From: a virus
DNA: 64,000 nt
Virus record (IMG/VR): IMGVR_UViG_3300046002_008519
Location: 3,254 to 67,253 of that record
Reading direction: 5' to 3' (one strand)
Part shown: piece by piece, positions 50,040-57,960 of the stretch
How the letters are laid out: each line of letters starts with the position of its first letter
Numbering within the stretch: the first letter of the stretch is position 1
Notes under the pieces: generated by a model
Databases searched by the model: none
What the model was told of the DNA's origin: nothing
The model's input: only the letters and a program-made list of their open reading frames with translations
Translations under genes and position numbers: made by a program

Positions 50040-51007
50040 TATTTCTGCATCAAATAATCAAATTGGTCGTTGGTCAACAAATGACCCCTTCCAATATACT
50101 TAGACTTATAATCAATAGGTAATTTGATAAACCATTCAAGATTATTATTTTCTTGACCCAACAACTCATCCTCTAGTTTTTCTTGGTCAGTCTTAGGTTT
50201 GTTAACCAACATCTTATCAACAGGAACTCCCATAGACCCCAAATACTCAACGTAGCTATCAGCATCATCACCATAAGGCTCAGCTATAGTACCAGTTGTG
50301 TTATTAGCATCAGTCAACTCAACACCATACTGCGTATTGTCAAACACAACCATATGCAAAGGGTCATCCAAATTAATACTACCATCAGCTTCAGTGGCAA
50401 AATGATTTTTATCAACAATATAATAAAATGTTGATGTTTTGGAATCACGATAAGATTGGAACATGTTTGACGGCCCAGGGAGACCAATACAAAACGAATA
50501 ACCCCTACCCGTCAAACCACCACTACCATAAGAAATACACTTACCAATACTGTCACCAGCATAAATGTCAATACCATTCCCACTCCATATAGGCTTCTTT
50601 TCAGCCTTGAAATCAGCGGCAACACTAGATTTTATTTCACTAGACCTATTCAACTCATTCGTCTTGCCATGAATAAACTCAGAAAACTTTATAAAGTCAT
50701 TGTATGTGTTGTCACCCAAAACAAGACCATCCCTTGTCAACTGTATGGTTTTTACTTTGCCCAATTTTTCCAACTCGTTGTACTCATTTACAACACTAGT
50801 TATGTTGCGAACGTTTTTGTAACCGCTGGCATATAAATAAGCCATGATTGGAAGATTTTTTTGGTTGTTGCTGACATCAGCAGCCTTGAATTCAGACATA
50901 ACACCCTCAGCATTTTCCGCTCCAGCCTTTTTTAATATATTCAATCCTTGCGCTTCAGTAGCCTTGGATTCCAATAACCTTTGATAAATTTCAAATATTT
51001 TAATCAT
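50039..51007 (-). CDS. PcfJ/GNAT-like (FCI) domain protein with RLLE leader
   Basis: Start re-called at 51007 (MIKIFEIYQRLLE); KCISYG...YSFCIG...NMFQSYR...TFYYIVD...TDANN. Confidence 0.75.
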   Translation of the reverse strand: MIKIFEIYQRLLESKATEAQGLNILKKAGAENAEGVMSEFKAADVSNNQKNLPIMAYLYASGYKNVRNITSVVNEYNELEKLGKVKTIQLTRDGLVLGDNTYNDFIKFSEFIHGKTNELNRSSEIKSSVAADFKAEKKPIWSGNGIDIYAGDSIGKCISYGSGGLTGRGYSFCIGLPGPSNMFQSYRDSKTSTFYYIVDKNHFATEADGSINLDDPLHMVVFDNTQYGVELTDANNTTGTIAEPYGDDADSYVEYLGSMGVPVDKMLVNKPKTDQEKLEDELLGQENNNLEWFIKLPIDYKSKYIGRGHLLTNDQFDYLMQK

Positions 51008-51056
51008 TCTTTTATATTTTATGTATTTATAAATATAATTTAAAACCATAAAAAAT

Positions 51057-51389
51057 ATGAAAAATACCATAAAACAACTCCTAAGAGAAAATTTTGTCTT
51101 TGATGATAAAGACTTCGCAAAAAACAGACTCGCTGGCGCCGAAAAAATAATAGCAAACGCCAAAGAAAAAGGTGGCGACGCAATGCTTACATATAACCAC
51201 TTCAACGTTAAACCAGCTTACTACAAAAAAGCCATCAACGGAAAATTTGACATAGAACAAGCCACAAAAGAATATAACGAAACATTCAAGAAAATATCTC
51301 TAGATATGACCCAAACAGAATTCCAAAAAGAAGTGGGTAGACTTGAAGTGCTCGGAGAACTAATTATCAAAAACAAAAACCAAAAATAA
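51057..51389 (+). CDS. Small protein with IKQLLRE leader
   Basis: MKNTIKQLLRENF. Confidence 0.75.
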   Translation: MKNTIKQLLRENFVFDDKDFAKNRLAGAEKIIANAKEKGGDAMLTYNHFNVKPAYYKKAINGKFDIEQATKEYNETFKKISLDMTQTEFQKEVGRLEVLGELIIKNKNQK

Positions 51390-51529
51390 TATATGTCCAC
51401 ACTAAACATCACCATACCACACTTCTATACCAAGATGAGAATCGAACAGATGGACACTTAAAAAAGGCGATGAAAATACATACTACTATAATCTAGAAAA
51501 TGAAACACAAAAAAAGACACCTAAATAAT

Positions 51530-51760
51530 TCCACTCAAAAAATTCCTAAAAAAAATTTTTCATATATAGGGTGTTGATATTTCTAACCAAAAATTTCCCA
51601 GAAAAAAAAATTCATATATAGGGTCCTTTTTTCTAACCAAAAAAAATTCCAAAAAAAATTTCGCGAACATCATCATGCCCCACGTTCTGCTCGGCACATG
51701 GGTACGGTAGGGAGGGCGGTAACAGGTAGGGAGGGGTATAGAGGGGTATGGGAGGGGTTG
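51530..51760. repeat. A-tract tandem repeats and G-rich repeat (G-quadruplex motif); candidate origin or genome-end region
   Basis: TTCATATATAGGGT and TTTCTAACCAAAAA each twice ~50 bp apart; GGGAGGGGTATAGAGGGGTATGGGAGGGG at 51729-51757. Confidence 0.7.
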
Positions 51761-51942
51761 TATTGCATTATCTTTCTTAATAGGTATAACGTATCCATAT
51801 AGTAACAAAGTTGTTTAAATCGCTTTATTTAATGTCATGTAAAATAAATTACATACACAAGTAATTAACAAAAATTTAACATTTAATTATAGGGCAAAAA
51901 ATAAGGGCTAAATTTTAACCCTTATTAAATTTATTCAGTTTA

Positions 51943-52557
51943 TTAAATTGTTAGACCTTGCATTTTAATTTCTCCTTCGTCAAAAATAAAAGTTCGGTAA
52001 CTATCTTGTTTAAAACCCGCATGTTTTTTAATCTTGTTTTGAACAATAGTTAAATCGCGTGAATTAACTTCTTTATACTCGATAGGTTCTAAAATTGTTT
52101 TTCTAACTACCAAGCCAAAAACGTGAATTTTCAAACTATCTTTGTGTAGTTTAACTCCAGTGGCTAAATTGATATAAGCATCGATTTGAGCATCGCTTTT
52201 AGCTATGGTTTTATCGCCTTCGGCTCTTAATAGTTCTTTTGTTTCTTCGTCGCTTAAACGTTTGTTTAATGATGTTAAAACGTTATTAAAAGCGGTTGTT
52301 ATTAATTCAGTTGAAAAAATTTTTCCGTCTTTTTGTGGTTTTTGTAGTATTTCAAAAATATTTTTTTTGTTATCGTTTAAACTTTTTAAATCGTCATTTA
52401 AGATTTTAAGATAATTAACACCTGAATTAATTAAATAGTTACTTTTTTCGCCTTGCTTATTTACATAATCACGAACACCCACATAGTGGTTATTTTTGAT
52501 TTTTTTCGCTGTTATTAATAATAGCGCATTTTGTAAACTTGTTTTTGTGTTTTCCAT
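51943..52557 (-). CDS. Hypothetical early protein
   Basis: 204-aa ORF downstream of host-type promoter. Confidence 0.75.
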   Translation of the reverse strand: MENTKTSLQNALLLITAKKIKNNHYVGVRDYVNKQGEKSNYLINSGVNYLKILNDDLKSLNDNKKNIFEILQKPQKDGKIFSTELITTAFNNVLTSLNKRLSDEETKELLRAEGDKTIAKSDAQIDAYINLATGVKLHKDSLKIHVFGLVVRKTILEPIEYKEVNSRDLTIVQNKIKKHAGFKQDSYRTFIFDEGEIKMQGLTI

Positions 52558-52692
52558 TTTGTAAGAATTTTACGTTAAAATTGATTTTTTATACCTCTTT
52601 GGTATGGTGCAAAGATAAGTAAATAAATTAAACAACAAAATAAAAATGAATTTATTTTTATTTTTTTTTATGTGGTAAAAATAAATTAAATA

Positions 52693-52785
52693 ACACACGC
52701 ATACACGCACATACACACGCATACACACACACACATACACACACGTTACACGCCCAGACGCATACACACGCATACACACACGTAT
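52693..52785. repeat. Alternating purine-pyrimidine (CA/CG/TA) tract
   Basis: ACACACGCATACACGCACATACACACGCATACACACACAC... Confidence 0.85.
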
Positions 52786-52787
52786 AA

Positions 52788-52812
52788 AAAAAAACGCCTT
52801 GTTAGGCGTTTT
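52788..52812 (-). terminator. Intrinsic terminator
   Basis: AAAACGCCT-TGTT-AGGCGTTTT. Confidence 0.7.
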
Positions 52813-53011
52813 CAAAGATTTTTTTAATTTCGGCTTTGTTGTTTTTTAGAAAATACGATACCGTTTCTTTGTATTCGGTATATGATACTTTTTCGTTAAT
52901 TAGTTTTTCGATAGCCATATCGAACAAAATCTTTTTTTCTTTGGCTTTGGCTTCTGCTTCGTTTTTTACGATTGTGCCATCGCTTAACTCAAATGCTGTA
53001 ATTGATTTCAT
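52802..53011 (-). CDS. Hypothetical early protein
   Basis: 69 aa, own promoter. Confidence 0.7.
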   Translation of the reverse strand: MKSITAFELSDGTIVKNEAEAKAKEKKILFDMAIEKLINEKVSYTEYKETVSYFLKNNKAEIKKIFENA

Positions 53012-53202
53012 AATGTAATATATTTAATTGGTTAAACTTGGCTGCAAAGATAAACAAATATATTACATTACCAAATATATTTTTATTTTTATACGCTACG
53101 CGAGGGCGCTTGACACAAAAGTGTACATACATACGTTTTAAGGCGTTATTTTTGTGTTTTGGTATCAATATACCATTTTGTTATTAAAATAGCTATAAAC
53201 GT

Positions 53203-53228
53203 AAAAAAACGCCCTTTTGAGGCGTTTT
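53203..53228 (-). terminator. Intrinsic terminator
   Basis: AAAACGCC-CTTTTGA-GGCGTTTT. Confidence 0.7.
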
Positions 53229-53251
53229 AGTGTAGTTGTGTTGGTTGTGGT

Positions 53252-54142
53252 TTAGATGCTTTGTAATTCAAGCAATTTTAACACTCCCTCGATTTTTGCT
53301 TCTTGGCGTTGCATTAACACTTCGGTTGGTGCTTTTGAACCACTTTTCTCGGCTCTACGGCTCAAGTAGTTTGTGATAGTGGCGAAAATCGTGTACTTGG
53401 ATAGTTTCAAGTTCAATTTTTCGTTATAACCTAATTCACGTTTAAATGCTGATTTCAATTCGTTATATCTATCAATACATTTGATTTCGTTAGGATTAAC
53501 GGCTAATGCCTTTCTAAATTCGTCCAACGTTAAACCATTTTTTTGGGTTGTTGGAAATTCGTTCTCAAAAAACCAAACGTTAAGCAATTTGATAGCTTGG
53601 ATTTCGTCGATTTGTTGGTCGTTCAAAATTTCGTCTTGCTTCTCGATTAACTCGATAATGCTCTCAAATTGTACCAATGCTTTTTCCATTAATTCCAAAG
53701 ACAATTTGTAAGTAATTTTGTGAGGTATTTTCAAGCTATCAAATGCACCCAATTTATTTTTTTTGGTTGCACCATTTTCGCAAATTAAACGACTTTCAAA
53801 GATTATCAAATGCCCCATACCATTACCATTATTAGGTACTGTGATAATTGCGTTGTAGCTTTTATCGCCTACCTTTGTCATTTTGCTTTTAGTCAAAGAT
53901 ATGTTAAGACCGATAACTTCACCATTTTTGTGAGTAAAAGAAGTAACTTTGTAACCTTTGTCAATAAACGCTTGACCTAATATTGATAAGTCAATAGTAT
54001 CAACGATAGTGTAGCTATCTTTTTTGGTATGCATAACCATACCTTTTTGCCCATAAACAACACTGAAACGGCTATCTGTGTTGTCTTTGTTTTGAATTGT
54101 TTCAGTAACATAATCAAAATTGAATAAATTTGTTGCTTCCAT
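53252..54142 (-). CDS. DUF932-like phage protein
   Basis: Y.IV near N-terminus, RLICENG motif, ~300 aa; family recognised by eye. Confidence 0.55.
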   Translation of the reverse strand: MEATNLFNFDYVTETIQNKDNTDSRFSVVYGQKGMVMHTKKDSYTIVDTIDLSILGQAFIDKGYKVTSFTHKNGEVIGLNISLTKSKMTKVGDKSYNAIITVPNNGNGMGHLIIFESRLICENGATKKNKLGAFDSLKIPHKITYKLSLELMEKALVQFESIIELIEKQDEILNDQQIDEIQAIKLLNVWFFENEFPTTQKNGLTLDEFRKALAVNPNEIKCIDRYNELKSAFKRELGYNEKLNLKLSKYTIFATITNYLSRRAEKSGSKAPTEVLMQRQEAKIEGVLKLLELQSI

Positions 54143-54328
54143 AATAATAAAAAATTAAATTTGTTTGTGCATTATTGCGATGCAAATATACAAAGATATA
54201 TTACATTACCAAATATATTTTAATTTATTATCATATAAAGTTATTAACAACGCCTTGTAAAATTGTTAATAACTTTTAGGCTTATTATTTCAGTATATCA
54301 AAGAAAAGTATATATTGTCAAAATAAAG

Positions 54329-54455
54329 ATATACGCATACGTGCGTGTGTGCTTGTATGCGCATACCCATTGCGCACATACGTCTATGTGCGTGTATTAT
54401 ATTATGCGTGAGCGTGTATATTATGCGTTAGCGTGTATATGCTGATACGCACGTT
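54329..54455. repeat. Alternating purine-pyrimidine tract
   Basis: ATACGCATACGTGCGTGTGTGC...TGCGCACATACGT...GTGCGTGTAT. Confidence 0.75.
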
Positions 54456-54681
54456 GCCCGATAAGTCCTTGTATGTTGACATTGTTGCTTGGTTGTTTGT
54501 CAATATCGGTTAGGTAAGCATCGGATTTGCATATTGGACAAACCCACGCTTGTTCTATTGGTGACCAAGCCATATTTATTTCGTTCCCTATTATATCAAA
54601 CTCGGGTGCGTTTATTTGTGGGTTGTTGTCGATTAGTGTGTTGTCACACATATTGCATTTACAAATATTTGCCTTTGCCAT
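54421..54681 (-). CDS. Small Zn-ribbon protein
   Basis: CNMC...CPIC. Confidence 0.65.
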   Translation of the reverse strand: MAKANICKCNMCDNTLIDNNPQINAPEFDIIGNEINMAWSPIEQAWVCPICKSDAYLTDIDKQPSNNVNIQGLIGQRAYQHIHANA

Positions 54682-54738
54682 AATTAATTCAATTTACTGG
54701 GTTCTACGCGTGCAGTTGACACAAATGTGTACATAGGG

Positions 54739-55008
54739 TTAAATTTTAACCACTTTCATAATTTGATTGTCTTTCCATTCTTTTCGTTTGGTAACTTTTC
54801 GAACGTGTTTGATAATCGTTTCTAATTTAGCTTTAGGTCTTGGTGTATCAATCATACTACCACTTGAAAAGGTTATTCTGTGGTATGGTAAAATAAGTGC
54901 TTCTAATTGTTTTTGGGATAAGTTAAATTTTTCTTTCATACCCTCTGCACTATCAAAAATTTCTTGTTTGATTTTACAAACATCCGATGTTAATAATTCT
55001 AAATTCAT
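54739..55008 (-). CDS. Hypothetical early protein
   Basis: 89 aa, own promoter. Confidence 0.7.
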   Translation of the reverse strand: MNLELLTSDVCKIKQEIFDSAEGMKEKFNLSQKQLEALILPYHRITFSSGSMIDTPRPKAKLETIIKHVRKVTKRKEWKDNQIMKVVKI

Positions 55009-55074
55009 AAGTCGTTTAGTTTAATTGGTTAATGGTGCAAAGATATAACAATTATTTTATATTTGCAAAAAATT

Positions 55075-55458
55075 TTATTCTATTAAGTGTGCGAGTGTAT
55101 CTATTCCACTTGCAACAACAACTCCGTTAACTTTGAATGTGATATAACCAACTACAACCACGTTAGGTGCATTATAATTGTTTGTGTTATCTATGGTGTA
55201 TCCGTAACCGATTGCGTTGATTACATCGCCTTTATTCACGTTCAATATAATATGTGATTGAGTATATTTGGTTGTTATATTGTCTTTCGCATTATAATAC
55301 CAAAATTCGGGTGAATTTCCTTGAATAGTAACATCAAGCGTTTTGCTTTGTTCTATTTGGGTGCTTGTTATATCATCTGAACTGCAAGATGAAAATAAAC
55401 CGATAAGCAAGATTGTAACAACCAATAAGATTGCTTTGATAACTAATAATTTTTTCAT
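55075..55458 (-). CDS. Lipoprotein
   Basis: MKKLL-hydrophobic-LFSS|CSSDD lipobox. Confidence 0.8.
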   Translation of the reverse strand: MKKLLVIKAILLVVTILLIGLFSSCSSDDITSTQIEQSKTLDVTIQGNSPEFWYYNAKDNITTKYTQSHIILNVNKGDVINAIGYGYTIDNTNNYNAPNVVVVGYITFKVNGVVVASGIDTLAHLIE

Positions 55459-55521
55459 AATATACTTTATTTGGTTAAACTTGGTACAAAAATATAACGA
55501 TTATTTTACACTACCAAATAT

Positions 55522-55749
55522 TTAATCGTAAATTTTTTCTATTGGTTTATTTGGGTCTAATATAACTCTTTCAAGTGCTTTTACCCAAAAGATTGGCAAA
55601 CTTGGATGTTGTCGTTCAAACTCAATTTCACCTTTCTTTATGGCGTCTTTTTCGTCAGTTGCCATAACTCTTAAACCATATTTTTGGTGGTTGTCTTCTT
55701 CGTTGTCGCTTGGGTCGATAGACATTATTGTAATATGAAACTCTTTCAT
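55522..55749 (-). CDS. Hypothetical protein
   Basis: 75-aa ORF. Confidence 0.65.
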   Translation of the reverse strand: MKEFHITIMSIDPSDNEEDNHQKYGLRVMATDEKDAIKKGEIEFERQHPSLPIFWVKALERVILDPNKPIEKIYD

Positions 55750-55761
55750 AATATGCTTTAT

Positions 55762-55929
55762 TTAATATTTGTTATTGGTTTCATTTTTAAATTCGTACCA
55801 CGCATCGTATAATTCGTCTACGTTAAGCGTTCTTCCTTTGTAGATACGAGAAGGTCCCATAGCATCACCTTTTTGGGTGTGAATGATTAACCACGTTGCG
55901 AAATCTTTTGCTCTTAATTCTGGTGACAT
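55762..55929 (-). CDS. Small hypothetical protein (55 aa, MSPELRAKDF...)
   Basis: Manual translation directly after promoter at 55957. Confidence 0.65.
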   Translation of the reverse strand: MSPELRAKDFATWLIIHTQKGDAMGPSRIYKGRTLNVDELYDAWYEFKNETNNKY

Positions 55930-56025
55930 AATATATAAATTTAATTGGTTTAACGATGCAAAGATATAACAAATATTTTACATTACCAAAAAAAACCCCA
56001 CTTTTTATTGGTGGGGTTATTTAAT

Positions 56026-56283
56026 TTATCTACTGCGTTTGTGTCGGTGGTCGAACTTATATAATAGTTCATTATATATGTGTGCTCTAATACAACCAAA
56101 GTAATAGAATTTAATTTCGTTCATAATCTTAACACTTACCGCACACATATTCAATCCTACGGGTGAAATGTGTTGGAAATTGCCTTGACCTTTAAGTGTT
56201 AACTGCATTTTGTTGTTGATGTTTGCTTGGCAAAAGTCAGCAAGTTGTTGCTCTGATGCGTTGAATAATTGTTCGTTTGTCAT
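56026..56283 (-). CDS. Hypothetical early protein (start MTNEQ)
   Basis: Start re-called downstream of promoter. Confidence 0.7.
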   Translation of the reverse strand: MTNEQLFNASEQQLADFCQANINNKMQLTLKGQGNFQHISPVGLNMCAVSVKIMNEIKFYYFGCIRAHIYNELLYKFDHRHKRSR

Positions 56284-56446
56284 AATTAATAAATTAATTG
56301 GGTTAATACTTCTGCAAATGTATAACAATTATTTTACACTACCAAATATATTTCAATAAAAAAATCCCCAATAAATTTATTGGGGATAATCCAAATCAAT
56401 TTTAACCAAAAAAAATCTATTGTCTATGGAAACTAATAAAAATTTG

Positions 56447-56540
56447 TTATCAGGACAGGACTTGAACCTGCAAGGTATTAGAAGCAGACTAATACCATAC
56501 GACAAACGCCGTACTCGTTTACCAATTTCGCCACCTGACA
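56447..56540 (-). tRNA. tRNA-like RNA (class II, Leu-like body) with non-canonical anticodon loop
   Basis: Acceptor UGUCAGG/CCUGAUA, D-arm GGCGAAAUUGGUAAACG, T-arm GCAGG-UUCAAGU-CCUGU, 8-bp variable stem; anticodon arm UACGG-CGUUUG-UCGUA. Confidence 0.65.
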
Positions 56541-56663
56541 AATTTAAGAAGCTTGGTTACCCTCTTTGACCGTTTAGCAGGTTGAAGCTGTTTCCTTATA
56601 AATCCTCAGCGATGCACCGCCACAAGAAACTGGGGAAACGTTGTTTCTACTTGTTTAATTTAT

Positions 56664-56915
56664 TCACCTTATAGCAATTCTTCCCAATGTTTTAAATGTT
56701 GGAATATTATCTTTTTTAATTTCTACCTCAACACATCTATTTTTTCTCCAATAGCGTTTATTTTTACCACAACTTGAACAACTCATAAAGAGTGTTGCAA
56801 TCAAGAGTGCCAACCCAATGGTTGTAACTCGGTTTAATTTAATGGTTGTTATTGAATTGGCAACCCAAACAAATAATACAACGATAAAGAATTTATGCCA
56901 TTTAATATTTTTCAT
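56664..56915 (-). CDS. Small membrane protein / possible lipoprotein
   Basis: Two hydrophobic segments, LFMSC. Confidence 0.6.
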   Translation of the reverse strand: MKNIKWHKFFIVVLFVWVANSITTIKLNRVTTIGLALLIATLFMSCSSCGKNKRYWRKNRCVEVEIKKDNIPTFKTLGRIAIR

Positions 56916-56994
56916 AATCTAAAGGTTTATTAGGTTAATAGTGGTGCAAATGTATAACAATTAATTTACACCACCAAAAAAAGTTATTAACAAT

Positions 56995-57393
56995 TTATTT
57001 AAGACTTTCAGCACATTCCAAAAGTTCCTCATAAGTGAATAAATTTAATCGTTTTACTCTTTCTTTTAACCTATCCACGTTTTCGGGACTTACTGCAATA
57101 GCATCGTGAATACTTTGCATACGTTTCCATTCTTCGTTGGTTAGTGTTCCAACAACTTCGGGTTTAAATATTCCATGTTGTTCGTTGTCATTTTCTTCAA
57201 GCATATCATCAATACCTTTATACACCGCAAACTTGGGTTCAATCATGTTTTTACCCGCAACACACATATTGCCATTGAGGTCAAGATATTGACAGTTAGT
57301 ACTATCTTTGTCATAACCGCAAGTGCTTGGGTTTTTCAAATAAGGTGCTAATTGTGATAATGCAAATTCTTTTATTTCTTCGGGTGTTTTCAT
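56995..57393 (-). CDS. Hypothetical protein
   Basis: CQY...G.MCVAG...MQSIHD motif. Confidence 0.75.
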   Translation of the reverse strand: MKTPEEIKEFALSQLAPYLKNPSTCGYDKDSTNCQYLDLNGNMCVAGKNMIEPKFAVYKGIDDMLEENDNEQHGIFKPEVVGTLTNEEWKRMQSIHDAIAVSPENVDRLKERVKRLNLFTYEELLECAESLK

Positions 57394-57399
57394 AGTGGT

Positions 57400-57555
57400 T
57401 TAATTTATTGGGTTTTCAACAATATCAAAAGCATAATTTAATGAATAAGAATAAAGTTGTGCATCTTCCAACGTGTGGAAACTCTTAACCTCATTTAAAA
57501 ATACTCCATCGTCTGTACATGAAAAGTAAGGGATAACTGTGTAGATTGTTTTCAT
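57400..57555 (-). CDS. Small hypothetical protein (51 aa, MKTIYTVIP...)
   Basis: Manual translation directly after promoter at 57584. Confidence 0.6.
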   Translation of the reverse strand: MKTIYTVIPYFSCTDDGVFLNEVKSFHTLEDAQLYSYSLNYAFDIVENPIN

Positions 57556-57609
57556 ACTAATTTAATTTATTGGTTAAACATGGTGCAAAGATATAACAAT
57601 TATTTTACA

Positions 57610-57960
57610 CTACCAAATATTTTTTCTTTTTAAATAATCTTTTTTTTCTTTTCGTTGTTTAAGATTTATTTCAGAATACATACCACTTAACACTCTTTGC
57701 AATTCTTGGTTAGGAATAAGACAAGTATCAAAGTTTGGGTGCAACATAATAAATTTATTCAGTTGTTCTCCATAGTAACCAAACTCATGTGTTGGTTCAC
57801 CACTTTCAATCGTTTCTATTGTGCCATTATCAAACGCTTGGATATATTCCATTAGCTTAGGGATATCTTGGCTTAAATCGATTAATTCAATAGGGTTGCC
57901 ACCAAAATACTCATAGATTGGTGGCAATAAGTTAGAATATTGTTCGTTGTGGTATCTCAT
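57610..57960 (-). CDS. Hypothetical protein
   Basis: 116-aa ORF. Confidence 0.65.
   Translation of the reverse strand: MRYHNEQYSNLLPPIYEYFGGNPIELIDLSQDIPKLMEYIQAFDNGTIETIESGEPTHEFGYYGEQLNKFIMLHPNFDTCLIPNQELQRVLSGMYSEINLKQRKEKKDYLKRKNIW

Noticed and set aside
50039-51205. 388-aa ORF start at 51205
   Set aside because: The extension overlaps the plus-strand gene 51057 in antisense; ATG at 51007 follows the late-type motif
52570-52815. ORFs with VCVCMRVY repeats (also 54263..54445) and 51560..51808
   Set aside because: Translations of the RY tracts or the G-rich repeat; low complexity and overlapping promoter elements
56585-56612. Hammerhead ribozyme (CUGAGGA...GAAAC on minus strand)
   Set aside because: Stem II would be too short and no matching stem III/cleavage triplet was found
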